A stretch of DNA of 64,000 nt from Lama glama (GCA_028534125.1 CM052816.1:15998001-16062000), one strand, 5' to 3'. Positions 25,951-40,116 are shown, numbered from the stretch's first letter. The notes: a model not told the origin generated them from the sequence alone. Numbers and translations are program-made.

Positions 25951-27324
25951 ATGCCTTGGGGGAGGTTAACTTTCCAGGGTAACCACTTTTCTATCTGAAA
26001 AAGGAATGTGATAGTACTAACTATAGTAGGAGCAAAGCAAAGGCAAGTTACTTTAGCAGATTATAGAACTTCAAAAATGAAATCTAATCCCCAGACTTCA
26101 AATATTTTAAATCAAAAATCAGCCACTCTCAACTTTGAGGAATTTACCTGAAATAAAAACACTTTTTCAATTGAAAGATTATACTGATGCAAATGGACTA
26201 TATGATACCATGGAATGATAAAGCTAGAATTAGAAAATCTGAGAATGAGTCCCCTTTGGGAACCTCCAAAAGCCTTTCACTAGATTCTTCTCTAAAATAG
26301 TTTACAACTTCTATTCCACTCACCTAAAAAAACTGTGAGGCCTAAATGAGATAATGTGTGTTTAAGCACTTGGCCTGTCCTGTTTGGTATCAAATATTAT
26401 AGTTACTCATACTGCACAGGTCTGAACATAATAATGTAAATGGGATTTTTCATCACATGTACTTAGTCTTGTAATTTATAACATCTATCTGTTTTATCTA
26501 TAAAGCAATCCTCGTAAAAGGGCTTTGCTTTAATTCTTATTTAGCAAACCAAAACCAACACTCTTTTAAAAAGTCTGGAAAAAATTTTACACATAAGCTA
26601 ATATAACCTCGTATTTATTTTTTGTCTTAATCTATATACTCCTCTTACACAAATATTTCCAAGCTCATTTTTTCCTTATTTGCTAAATGTTGCATTTTTA
26701 TGTGTGAATTAGTTGTGTGTCATAAAACACAGTCTTATTCAAATATCCTCCATTTTAAAAAGGTTAGAAGATGACATAAGGGGAAAAGGCTGAGCTGAAA
26801 CAAAGAAAAACAAAAGGAAAATTATTATCCAACATGTATGATAAGATCTAATGAATTATTTTAGACAGGATTAAGGAGATAAATTGGACATTAAAGATAA
26901 ACAAATTGTACCCGTCTTCACAAGTATGAGCCAACAGAAAGACAGAGAGACACAGAGACACAGACCCACACACCCACACACCCCTATCATCCTGAGTGTT
27001 AACTTACTTAAAGAAAAATAGCTTGTTATAGATAAAAGCTTGAATATTTTGCCCCAGGAAAATACCCAGAAAGGATGAAGGATAGGTAGGAAGCAGCCAG
27101 GACAACTACACATACAATGTTTCACAGAAGAGGTTCAAAATGTAATAAACAGTACAGAAGATGATGGGATATACATAAAACTACACCTTTCATAGGCAAG
27201 TAAGGTTAAACACCAACTCTTTCCTAGAGTAGAATCATCTCTTCACACAAAATAATCTTAAGAGATGTGTATTTATCAGTCCCAGATTCCCCAGAGACAG
27301 ACTATTACAATGTTTTATGTTTTA

Positions 27325-27468
<144 letters not shown>

Positions 27469-28431
27469 TTAATAAAATTGTCACTGTTACCAATATTCTC
27501 TGTCCCACCAATAAAGCTCTTTAAGGAGCACTCCTTCAGAGAGGGGTAGACTGGTGAAATCTTTGAAGTACTTGGGATTTTTGAATGCAAATGTATATTT
27601 AAAAAAGTGGATCATTTTTGCTTTGTTCAGAGTTTAGTGGATAAATATAAGGAAAGTAAACATGTTTATGTACTAAAGAATAACAAAAACTGTTTTAAAT
27701 TTAAAAATTTACTTACTATTTTCAAAAAAGATCCATGGCGAGTTTTTGCACCTCAAAAGTGTTAGGTTACACTTGAGACAAGCTCTTAAAAATCATACAT
27801 GTTCCAAACTATATGGGACCATCTGACCAGATGTGGTATGTTTTCAGCTCTTATCTACTACTGGGGCTCCAAAGTTAGTAGAAAAAACTTAAAAAAGGAT
27901 ACATAACAAAGGCTGGATGAATACAACCCATCGTAAGTTTTTATAATGAGATACATGTACTTGGAGTAATGTTCTACAAGCAGATGTCAGCTTCTTAGCT
28001 ATTTTAATATAAGAGTCACAAACTTGAGATTTGTTATTGGGTGGGGATGCCTGAAAAACCACAAAGCAGGAAATCATACTATATTCCCTTTCCCCTTGGC
28101 TTGGTACTTGAGATAAAAACAAGCTCCAAGGAAGAACTAGTTTTAATTGTATTTTAAAACTACCACAGTAAAAACAGTAAAATTTAGTATTTTACAGATA
28201 AAATAAAAACTATTCAAATCTTACTAATGAGTTACATAAATACACTTTTTTACATAAATGTAACTTGCAGCACACAGCTATTCCTATAAGCCCCTTCTTC
28301 TAAGTTAACTTACTCAACAAGTCATTTGGGTACATCAATTATTCCGTTTTATAGTTGGAGGACAAAGCATGAAATACAGAAATAAAGTTTTCTTTTGTTT
28401 TTTAAAAGTGCCAGGATTGAGATAAAGATTT

Positions 28432-28560
28432 TTTTTTAATTGAAGTACAGTCAGTTACAACATGTCAATTTCTGGTGTACAGCATAATGTCCCAGTCATG
28501 CATATATATACATATATTCGTTTTCATATTCTTTATCATTAAAAGTTATTACAAGATACA
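28432..28560 (-). mobile_element. L1 3'-terminal fragment with TSD
   Basis: Reverse complement of the L1 tail seen at 61920-62062; perfect TSD gagataaagattt at 28419-28431 and 28561-28573. Confidence 0.88.
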
Positions 28561-28964
28561 GAGATAAAGATTTAACAATATTTACTTTCTAGCACATCTC
28601 AATTTTGGTATTCTGTATTTCTCTAAAACAGAGATTCCTTGTCCATTTCAAGGGGGAAAAACCTATTGTACAGTTCCCATTCCCAAATGTTTGTAATACA
28701 GGTCAGTATAACTAAGAACACTTGCTTGATGTGAAACACAAAAGTTAATCTACTTTTTTGACTAATATAGCAATAGGTTGTTGTTAAAATATAATTTGAG
28801 TTGAACAAGCTATTCTGAAGTTCTGCCATGTTCATTAAATGGATTTTTACTTGTGATTTACCTTTTAAATACTTTGCTCCTTTCAAATTAAATCACCTTC
28901 TTCCATGCTGACACCAAGGCTTAACACCAAGAGGTAAGACTTACCTAAGCTGAATACAACATAG

Positions 28965-29440
28965 ATCAGGTGGTGATCATTTTGTAATGTATAGAAATAT
29001 CAAACGACTATGTTGTACACTAGGAGCCAACAAAGTATTGCATGTGAACTATACTTCAAAAACAAACAGATAGAAGAAGAGATCAGATTAGTGGTTATCA
29101 GAGGGAGGGTGAGGGGGAACTGGATGAAGGCAGACAGAAGGCACAAATTTCCACTTATAAGATAAATAAGTACTAGGGATGTAATGTACAACATGATAAA
29201 TATAATTAACACTGCTGTATGTTATACATGAAAGTTGTTAAGAGAGTAAATCCTAAGAGTCCTCATCACAAGAAAAAAATTTTTCTTTTCCTTTTATTTT
29301 GTATCTATATGAGATGGTGTTCACTAAACTTATAGTAATTACTTCATGATATATGTAAGTCAAATCATTATGATGTACACTGTAAACTTACAGTGTTGTA
29401 AATCAATTGTATCTCAACAAAACTGAAAGGAAAAAAATTT
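28965..29440 (+). mobile_element. L1 3' UTR fragment(s)
   Basis: 'aagataaataagtactagggatgtaatgtacaacatg...gttaagagagtaaatcctaagagtcctcatcacaag' typical L1MA-like tail. Confidence 0.8.
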
Positions 29441-29574
29441 AAGCTGTTAAAAAAAAAATCCATCAGTCCACTTCATGAGCCAGTATGATATAATTTAAAA
29501 AACCTTAACCTAAACTTACGATTACAGACAATTTACACTCATTCAACACTTTTGTGGCTCAAGGCACTCATATA

Positions 29575-29900
29575 GATGAATGTCAAAAGCATAATGCTAA
29601 GTGAAAGAAGTCAGAAATGAAAACACTACACTCTATGATTCCATTGATATGACATTCTAGAAAAGGCAAATTTATAGTAACAGAAAGCAGATCAACAGTT
29701 TCAAGGGCTAGAGGGAGTTGAAGGAGACTGACTACAAAGAGACATGAGGAAAATACTGGGGGTTATGGAAATATTCTATACGATGATTTGGTAGGGACAG
29801 CATAACTGTGTATGCATTTATTAAAACTCAAACTGTGTATTTAAAATTGTTGAATTTTACTGTATATAATATGTATCTTAAAAGTTGTTTATTAAAAAAG
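29575..29900 (+). mobile_element. Old L1M 3' fragment
   Basis: 'atgctaagtgaaagaagtcag...tatgattccatt...aaaggcaaa...gaaagcagatca...ggaaatattctata'. Confidence 0.75.
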
Positions 29901-31807
29901 TATATATACCCATTCATCTTTGTATATGCATAAAATATCTCTGAAGAATACAAAAGAGACTAGTCAACAGTATTTACCTTCAGGAAGGAAAGCTTGCCTT
30001 GGAGGTGAGAATGGGAACTGTTTGTATTCCTTTAAATTAAATACACTTTAAATTAAATACACTTGTATTTAACAAGTGTATTTATTGCCTATTTGAAAAA
30101 TGTATTACCAGTTCTTACTATAAATTTGGATTAAAATAACTATTAAAAGTTGTGGCCAACTGAAGGGTTATCAAAATGGTGAAAATCCAATTAGACTGAA
30201 TAAACTACAGAAGCTACAAAATTTGATGTCTCTGAATTAAGATTAAAATTAAAGTTGAATCTCAGAATTTAATAAAGGAACTGATCTAGAAAGATCACTT
30301 GAGCAGAGCACCCTAATATAGATCAGGTTGCTTTTTGTTTAACAGTTGGTTTTACCATGTGGCTTTATACCTATACATTAATATCTTTGACTTTTCATTC
30401 TAAAAGAAATAGTACTCACATTTGTCTCATATATCATATAGTAAATTACATATTTATGGGATTGACAGGCTAGGACAAAACCCCAAACCACGGGATTTTT
30501 CTGTTTATTGAAAATCATCTTTTCTGTAGAAAGAGGAATAGAGAAATAAAGTATATATAATTAAATTTAGAAAAAAAGAGGGAGGAGGAACTTTGACAGT
30601 TAAGGCAGAGAACCTTCAATTTCTAAAAGATTTTATATTCTAACTTTTCTTGAAATCTAAAAAAATATTAAAACAAAGGTCTTATTTTGGGAGCAACTAT
30701 GCATTTTACTAAATAGCTCTCAAGTTAAAATTTTTTCTTTGATGCTGTATACTCCCTTTGTTTCTAGGTATATAGCAGAACTAATATTTTCAAAGATTAA
30801 GGGTTATAAATAATATTGATTCTCTGTAACTTTCCTAAGTGTTTCTCATCTTAATTCAAACAGCCCCAAAACCCTATAGCAAATTAATTTAATTATTTTC
30901 AAATAAGGTTTGACTATGAACTTAAATACATTTCCTACTACTATGTTTTTTGGCTCAGGATTATGATTTACAATGAAGAGATACACAGGGGTAATAATAA
31001 TGTTTTATATTACTCCTTCAGAATATCTACTCTACAAAGGATTAGCCCTTCTTTAAAACAGACCACTATTAAAGAAAACAAAGCACTAAAACATCTGAGC
31101 CTCAGGTATTTCTGTATCATAGCACTACAGCAAAAAGAAAGGAAACTTCCTAACTCTGTGGGGAGGGGGTCCTGCAAGGGATTATGTAGATTTCCCTTTC
31201 ATTGCATCTTTAAGCCCTCAATTAGGCCATTAGTTGGTAGAAGTTAATGCTACTATTAGCAATTTTTTAAAATCCCTCTTTTCCCAGTCTTAACAATTAT
31301 GAAGCAAAATATAGATAGCATAGAACACAGATCTATTTCACCATTTTGATCTTTACTCTATGGCATAAGGTGAAAGGAACAAGATGGAAAATGAGAAATT
31401 ATTGTTAATTTCACAGAAAACTGCCTCCTAGTTTTAATAGTTCTAAATACTGCTATACAAATCAAGGATCTTTGGTGGTAATAATCAGGATAAGAGAAGA
31501 TATAAGCAGGGATTATGACTCATATACCATAATTTCAATGTCAAAAAAGATAGTCTAAACCAATTCTCAATTTTATAAGAAAATAAGATACAAAGTATCT
31601 AATCCAATGAAAATGTGTTATTAGTAATTAGAGTAAGGACATGGTGTTCTACTATACATGATCTACTATATAATGCTTCTTTAGTCTGAATCTAAAAATA
31701 TTAGAAATGTACAAGTTAGAAAGTCTGAGAATCTATGTTACCCAGGAAATTAAACTGATCCCTCCCCTTTAAGATGTCTGAACTGCAAAAAAATAATAGC
31801 TAGACTA

Positions 31808-31988
31808 GTAGTAGCTCGCAAAAATGAGATCCTGGCAGAGTAGCATCATTATCACAAGAAAACTTAGAAATGCAAATTCTCAGGCTCCAACCAGACCTAC
31901 TGAATCAGAAACTCTGAAGTGTAGTCCAACAATATGCATTTTAATAAGCATCCCAAGAAAATCATGATGGACACTAAATCTTCACTGC
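31808..31988 (+). mobile_element. MER5A-like DNA transposon
   Basis: 'ttagaaatgcaaattctcaggctccaaccagacctactgaatcagaaactctg' is the MER5A hallmark. Confidence 0.8.
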
Positions 31989-33028
31989 CTTTATGTTTGA
32001 CAAATTAAGCATCAGAGACAAAAGGCAAGGTTCGAAAACTCACCACCAGCAAGACTAAATGGGAAAGAAAAGTGAAGGGTAAAATGGTAGCACAAGACGA
32101 AGATATCAAGAAAGGGGTGAGACTTAAAAGGACAAGGTATGTTTCACATTTTCAAGACACAGTGAAGGGAAGCAGTCTGTCATTACCATAGTACTGCATT
32201 CTCCCAACCCTACTCCTATCTTACTACGGTTGCAAAAGAAATGTTAATTTATGTGTCCAACATAATACTTGAAGCTAATATTTGAAAATAACTGCTAGAG
32301 TATTTAAAATTACAAATTCTTAAAACTCAGGAAATATTAGTAACTCATAGTTATCTTAAGTTTGAGTTTGAAAGAGACATAATTTTTAACATCAAATTAC
32401 AGAATCTCAAATCACCTGGCACTAACAGACTTAATCCCTTGTTATTCTCAAATATTTTCCATTTCTCTCTTAATAATGTTGCCTTCTATTTTAAAGACAG
32501 ACAAACTGATGGAAACATGTATCAATACTTCCTTCAAAAAATTCAAGTCAACTAAAAGTACACAAAATACCCACCACAAACCTACCATCAAGTTTTTCCC
32601 AATCTAAACATCACCGTATCAACTCTGGATCTTTAAAAAATCTTCTATTTATCCTCTCCAGAGTAAAGATTATCCTGAGTTTAGTGTTTATCAATCTCCT
32701 GCATTCTTTTATACTTTTCTATGTGTCCATAAACAATGTAGTCTCGTTATCTTGTTTTTAAAAGTATCATATGGTATGTATTCTATACTTTGCTTTCCCT
32801 TCAATATATTAAGATATTTTTCTATGAAGATTTAGTTTATTCCTTTTTACTGCTGCTTATTTTGCTACTAGACGTCTAAACCATATCATTTCCTTTCTTT
32901 AGTTGATGGACATTTAACTCCTACTTTTCATTATTACAATGTTTTGGTAAATACTCCCATACACGTGAATTTTTCTAGATAAACACTTCTTCAACTTAAC
33001 TAACAAGTCTCCTCAACCCCTTTTTAAT

Positions 33029-33430
33029 CACGCACACATGCCTTTTATTATGTATACAGGTTTTTTAAAATTATTCCCTCAATCCATACACACAGGCAAA
33101 AATATGTGTATTGTTCAGCACACTGGAACTTGCAAATCTGATCATTGCCTAGAGAAGGGAAAATTATTCCCAAGAACATGCTTAACCAGGAGGTCAATCC
33201 ATCTGCCAACGTCCGAGAACACGGAGATGAACCTAACAGACACTATCCTCCTTCTGAACTTGCATTCATTACCATTCAGTAATCCTTCTTTAAGTCCACT
33301 TCAGCAGTACATTTCTTGCCGACAATCATTAAATGTCCAAGACGACTTTCATCATCATCATCATCTGCTACAGAAATCTGGGATATGAGTTTATTTGGTA
33401 TCATCAGAAAATGTATTGGTGCTTGAGGGG
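33029..33430 (-). pseudogene. HINT1: HINT1 processed pseudogene (5'-truncated, disabled)
   Basis: Minus-strand translation [61 protein letters not shown] / frameshift / VC*VHLRVLGRWQMD*PPG* matches the HINT1 C-terminal region. Intronless; 3' UTR with AATAAA at 33044-33049; 14-bp TSD aacccctttttaat (33015-33028) / aacccttttttaat (33431-33444). Confidence 0.93.
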
Positions 33431-34294
33431 AACCCTTTTTTAATTATAATTTTATCATCAACTCTACAGTTAATGTTTCACACAACTTATTCACTATTAA
33501 ACTGAGATGTTTCAATTATTACAGAGGAATTTTCTTCACAATGTTTAATAGATGGCTATTTTCTAAGTTTACTTTAATAATTGGTTCTATCAAAAACTGC
33601 ACAGAGATTTTTACACTGCACATATTGGAAACTAACCATCTCATGTGTAATTACGTTAATGAAAATAAGTTTCTGTAAGGATTATAGTGGTTATTCTATA
33701 ACCTGTTTACGTTCTTGCTGATATCAGCAGGGGTAATAGGCAGAATTCAGTTTTCCCAAGTCTCACAATCCTTTGATGTTTTCTCATTTTTCTGCTCTTA
33801 GGTAACTTTAAGCAAGTCATTCAACTTCTCCAGATCAGAGCTTTCACATCTATAAAACAAGGAAGTTAAATAACTAAAACAGCATGGTTTGGTCATAAGT
33901 TTAGGGGTCAAGTAAGTTTGGGAAATGTTATAATCCACATCCTTATAAGAATATTCAAAGTTCTAAAGAAGTCTAGCATAAAGAAAACACTACTGTTTGG
34001 ACACAAAACCAGGCTTTGCTTCTTTCCTTAGCCCATTCTTTCAATGCCACATTCCTCATTCAAAGTTTTATTCTTACAAAATGTCTGTGGTAAAGTCAGA
34101 AATAAGTCTGAAGGAACCAAGAACATTTTTTATCCCAGACAAAGAAATATTAGTGTTTTAGAATAAAAGACTTTTAAGTATGACATAGAGAAATCTACAC
34201 AACATGGCTAAAACTGTCCTAAAGTTATTTCTCTCATCTACACCTTGTCTCCCAAATCTGGACTGTGAATTACTTCAGTGTTGTTGATTTTTTC

Positions 34295-34490
34295 CATTGT
34301 GGTAAAATACACATAACACAAAGTTTACCAAATCTTATCCTTTTTTTCCTCTATTTTGCTGTGTTTTATTACTCTGGATAGAACAAAACCAAAATAACCA
34401 CAAAAATACTTGGGAGAAAATCTTCATCCATCTCATCCATTTTTCAGTGAACAGTTCAGTGGTATTAAATACATTCATAATGTTATGCTC
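34295..34490 (-). mobile_element. Old L1 3' tip interrupted by a short retroposed insert (34341-34429)
   Basis: 'ttgtggtaaaatacacataacacaagtttacc' resumes after the insert as 'atctcatccatttttcagtgaacagttcagtggtattaaatacattca'. Confidence 0.75.
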
Positions 34491-34639
34491 AAAGTGTTTT
34501 AAGAGAATGTTTATAACAAGAGAAAGCTCATGTATGAGTAGCTTTTCAGATATAGATACTACAACATGAATTCCCTTTCCAAGGCAGATTATATGTTCCT
34601 ATTAATTTTCAGAGACAAGGATTTTTTTAATTAAAAAAA

Positions 34640-34780
34640 TTTTTGTTGTTGTTTGGAGGGGATAACCAGGTTTGTTTATTTGTTTATTTATTTAGTTATT
34701 TTTAGAGGAGGTACTAGGGACTGAACCCAGGATCCTGTGCATGCCAAGCATGCACTCTGCCACTTGAGCTATATCCTCCC
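34640..34780 (-). mobile_element. tRNA-Ala-derived camelid SINE (vic-1-like)
   Basis: 'gaggaggtactagggactgaacccaggatcctgtgcatgccaagcatgcactctgccacttgagctatatcctccc'. Confidence 0.87.
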
Positions 34781-35378
34781 GTTTTTTAAAATTACTTTTA
34801 TCAAATTTCAGGAAATCCTTACAAGTGCTATCTGCGGGACAATGTTGATAGTTTCCAATACTGATCAAACATATAACTGATGTGTTTCTGGCCTTTAAAC
34901 AGGTTTTCTAGATAAAAAAGAGGAAAAGACATTTTTCCCATGAAGCACGTATCTTTTAAAAGGGAAGTGGTATGCTATATAATGATACTAGCAAAATTTA
35001 TCATTTATACAATCCTATCTGCTGTACTATAAAATTTAAATACTGAAAGCTTATACTATTCACAGCACAACCTAAAAGCTAAGCAAGGTATCATACTGTA
35101 CTTATGAAGTAAATATGATTTAAAACTCTGTGTAATAAAGGAAAGTTTGATTACCCTAAGTTTAAGGAATTCAAAAAGTTACAAAATTTTAAAGAAATTC
35201 TTTCTTTAGACTCATTATTGACCTTAATTATGTAATCAGGGCTACACTCTAATAAAGGGGCAAGGAGGAGGGGGCATGGGGGTTGGAATCAGGAAGTCAG
35301 AGTATAATGAGGTCTATCACTATTCAGCAAGTGGGAGAACTCAACTATATGAAAGAAGTTTTAAATAAAAATTTGTGA

Positions 35379-35771
<393 letters not shown>

Positions 35772-38700
35772 TATACTAAGTTCAGATTTGTAAGATATTT
35801 CCATAAAATAAACTATAATTTCATTCTAAGGCATTCAAATTTGCTTGGCACATTTAAAGTTTCACAAAGGAGAAATCAATATGAAATTCTGACAATGCAC
35901 ATAATTAACCCAATTATGAAACTGAGGTTAAAAATTACTTTAAAAAGGCAAAGTCCCAGTTTACTTTTATCTATCTTCACAATAGCACAGTAAGGATTTT
36001 AAAACACATCAACACTGAGCACCTCCAATTAAAAGGATTACTGTTAACTGCCTTAGCAGGATGAAAAAAAGTCTTTTTTATTCCCCTGGGACATTCTTCT
36101 TTCTCCAAGCAACTAATTGTTCATTAACTGTACTGTACAAATCTAGTACCATATATGGTACTGTATAGTAATAGTTCATGGTCAATTTTTTAATCCACAA
36201 CTATCAAGTTTACTTCTGTATACTCTTACCTACACCTCTTTAATGCTTAATTTAAAACTCCTTGAGGAAGAGACAAGATACATCACATAATTTAATCCTT
36301 TCCCCAGAATGGAACACAAGAGACATTCAAATGTTTGAATAAGCAGATGAATGCCTAGCACAGAATCAAGCAGAATTGGCGTTCAAACGCTTATAAATGA
36401 GATGATAAACAAAAGCACATAAACAACTTCCAAGGGGAAGTCCAGTCTAATTCAGCCTAATCACCTTTAGTGTCAGGAAGGAGAAAGTAAGTCTATACTG
36501 ACAGAGTATATTAAGATTTAATTACTAAACTTGAATGGAGTAAGTATTTTGGGGTGAGACCAGATAATATCAGAAACAAGTTGTTTCTTGAAGCACTTCA
36601 GTAGCAACCACTTTGATGGACATGTTCTAATTAAAAACAATATTCTTTGTTCATTACTGAAGGTCAAGAATCTTTCTTAGACCTTATTTTACCTATATGA
36701 ACTACCATTTACTCATTTCAAAACTTTTTTTCTTAATTAATTCATTTTGAAATTTCAACCAGTCCAAGACTCAAACAGTATACATCCCTCTGCCCCCATG
36801 CAGATTTAGGCTTCTCTTAAGTGTTGTCCTTAGAGACAGGTTTCCAAGAAGCCCTTCTCTCCCATTTCCATTCTATTTCCTGTTAAGTACTATGATGGGA
36901 AAATGGAAGTTGCCTTACCACCTCAGCATGGTTTATATTGTATGTGTGATTATTTAATGTCTCTTGACCCAATGACAAATAGGGACCTGACCTCCAGCAC
37001 AGTCCCTGGTCCATGGGGAGTGCCCAGTAAACATCTGCTGAAGAACAGATAGTTCAATTACAGACTAATTTTAAGTACCTAGAGAAAGATAACACCATCT
37101 TCCATTGATTGTAAAATAATATTTTAATATACCTGAAATCAAACTGCATATTACAATCAATAGCATGCCAGCTTAACTGGAAACGGCTTTTCTTTCTTCA
37201 TAGCATATCTTTCAACTGACAGCATCTTAGAGTCAATGAATTAAGGCACTTGGAAAGGCAGTAATATTCTGATACTGCAGCCATGGGATCATATATCTAA
37301 CAAAGAACAAGTTTAGAATTTTGCCAAAGCAGACGACTCAGTAATGGAGTTAGTATAAGAAAATCACTTTTCTAGAAGACTGGGAACAAAAATATTAGGG
37401 AGGTACACATGGGTACCAAAAGCAAAACAGTCAAACAGCTGTTCCTTCCTAACAACTCCTGGTGCTGATGATCAATGGTAGCTAAGTTGCCAGGGCAAAT
37501 TAGACTCCACACAGGGTCTCTGTCAGGATCTAAAATTACCTCTCCTTTCAATTACTGAAGTCATGGTCAATGTTCCTCAACACTGTTTCCAAAATGAAGG
37601 TAGCACATAGCCAGGTAGATAGGAAGAGTCAATGTGCTAATAGACAGATGGTGGGGCATCTATGCCAGAAGATTCCACTACTCACAAAGCTCTGAAGAAA
37701 ATACTGAATGCTAAGAAAAGAGCTCCCTTCCTGGTATTTGAATAATCAGGATGTACACCAGCTGATTCCACCTCAGTTAACAACTACATAGCAAACTAGA
37801 AACCTAAAGAACTCTTCTACAGCACTACTCACCATGTACTATAGTTTCCAAGCTTGAGAAGATGGGGACATAAATGAATGATAATATCATTATCTTGGTG
37901 TGCTTCTGTGCTACTTAAAGTGGCAGGACAATGTAGACCTCAAAAAGAGATAAAAAATGATATCTTATTTCCCATTATACCCTGTAAAACTATGCCCCTA
38001 TCCCCTACAAAACCCATACATACTATTTTTTACTTCAGTAGCGTATGGTTAAGTTTTGGTACTCTATTTTAAAATATATAAAAACTGTTCACCTAGAACT
38101 ATATATCCTTGAAACTTAAAAATAATACTTCTCATAGACTTTACTCTTCACCCTTTCAAAGCACAGTCAGTTTCTGTTTTGCAGGTTCTCCAAAACTATC
38201 CTAAGGGGTTCAAAATAATGAATCTGTCCATAGTTAAATCAGTCTTCCTACAGGCTGACAATCTCTGTAAGATGGGTGACCAATAGTCAAGTAAGCTGTT
38301 AAATTTTACTATGTGATATACTTGCAAAGCTGTCTCATGTGATGAATCAAAGCACAGAAAATATAATTCAAGTGAAAAAAAAAAAGGCCAGAACCATTTC
38401 ACAAGCCTGGGATTATATTTTAGAACAACTATTCAAAACACCAACTGATAGGAAAGATTTTTACATCTCCCTGGAACAGTTCAACCTCCAAAACAAGACA
38501 CTAAACAGTATTAAAAGTGTGAATGGGCACATCTGAAGAAACGTCTTTTCAAAGTTCACTTTATGTAAGCTTAGAGATAGGAGCTCTTTGTCCACATTGA
38601 AATCACTTGAGATGCCATATAATTAAACATCTTCTACACAGTAATAGAAACATTTACTATTGTCTTGGGGAAAGATATTAGAGTACCATAAGAGCAAGAC

Positions 38701-39454
38701 AAATGAAGAGATTCTATTTTCCTATGATGAAATTCACACTCTAAAAGGATTTCCATTTTATTTGCAGCAAGGGTTGGGGGAAGGCCAGACAAAAAATTCA
38801 AGTCCATAGTTAGGCTGGAGAAAGGTTTGGTACTGAGTATTGTATGTTTCAAAAACATTTTATACTTCCTGATATTAAGAACAAAGCAAGCTCCTAAGCA
38901 GTTTTAATATGGCAGATCTGACCAATTAACCCACAGGGAATGTTTAACCCATATAATCATTATAGTGGTGCTACTTGACGATTTTGAGAGCACTTTTGAG
39001 ATTAACAAAGAGGAGGTGGCAAGCAGAGAAACTGTTCTTTGGTATGATAATAGGAAAAGTATGAAAACATTCTGAATCAAGTTTAAAGAAAAAAAAGCAT
39101 AGGCTAGTTAGCCTCATGTATGTTATCAAGACCATGAGCTATGTGAGAGTCTCAATAAGAGCAAGACCCATAGTATAAAATTCTTTCTTTCTATGACTCA
39201 ATTTTATCCAATACTTTTCAGAACAGACAGGCAACCAAGAAGAGAGCCACCTCCCTGATCTTCAGGCTTTTAAAGTCTTATAGGAGAAAGTTAAAAAATA
39301 AAAGGTAAAAACTCAAAGAGCCCAGTAATTACATTTTAATGCTACAAGAAAGAAACAGTTTAATCCCAGTGAATGTATGGTTTTTTGGAACATTTACATC
39401 CTATCTTTTAATTTCTTTTCCTTAATCTCCCAGCACTAGGCTAAACAAAGCAAA

Positions 39455-39780
39455 GGGGCGGGGGTGGTGATGTTGGTCAGAATGCAAATTTCCAGCATTA
39501 GATGAGTAAGTTCTGAGGAGCTAATGTACAACATGGTGATTATAGTTATTAACACTGTATTACATACTTAAAACTTGCTGAGAGAGTAGATCTCAAAATG
39601 TTTCCACCACAAAAAAAGAGAATACTTATGGGACACGATGGAGGTGTTAGCCAACACTATGGTGGTAATCATTCTGCAATTATGTAAGTGTATCAAATCA
39701 ATACTGTATAACTTAAATTTACACAATGCTATATGTCAATTATATCTCAATAAAGTTGAGGAGAAAAAAGAAAAAATGAA
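39455..39780 (+). mobile_element. L1MA-like 3' end
   Basis: 'ctaatgtacaacatggtgattatagtt...aaacttgctgagagagtagatctc...tatgtcaattatatctcaataaagttg'. Confidence 0.82.
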
Positions 39781-40116
39781 TAAACAAAGCAACTTGGAAA
39801 GTTATTTTGACAGGAAAAGACCAGGCCCCAAGTAACTAGCTATACTTCTCAAAACAACCACATTTTTAGGTTTCACACCCCCAAAGCCTTTCCCTTCCCC
39901 TCTACTCTTCCATTCCTCCTTCCTCCTATTGATAGGCCAAACAAATCCTCAGAAAAACTTTTCTGAATTAACATTTGGAAAAAATGTTAAGTTAGTATTA
40001 CCCAACCATTAAAATTGTTTTTAACAAATCTAAAGAAGCAAAATTCTACTACAGAATTAAATTGATTACACATAACCTCATCCAAGAAGTAAACACATTA
40101 TTAAGACAATGCTTAC

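Noticed and set aside
33038..33388. 116-aa His-run ORF on plus, and an apparent C/D-box pattern (TGATGA...CTGA) on minus
   Set aside because: Both are explained by the HINT1 retrocopy; the (GAT)n tract is its Asp run.
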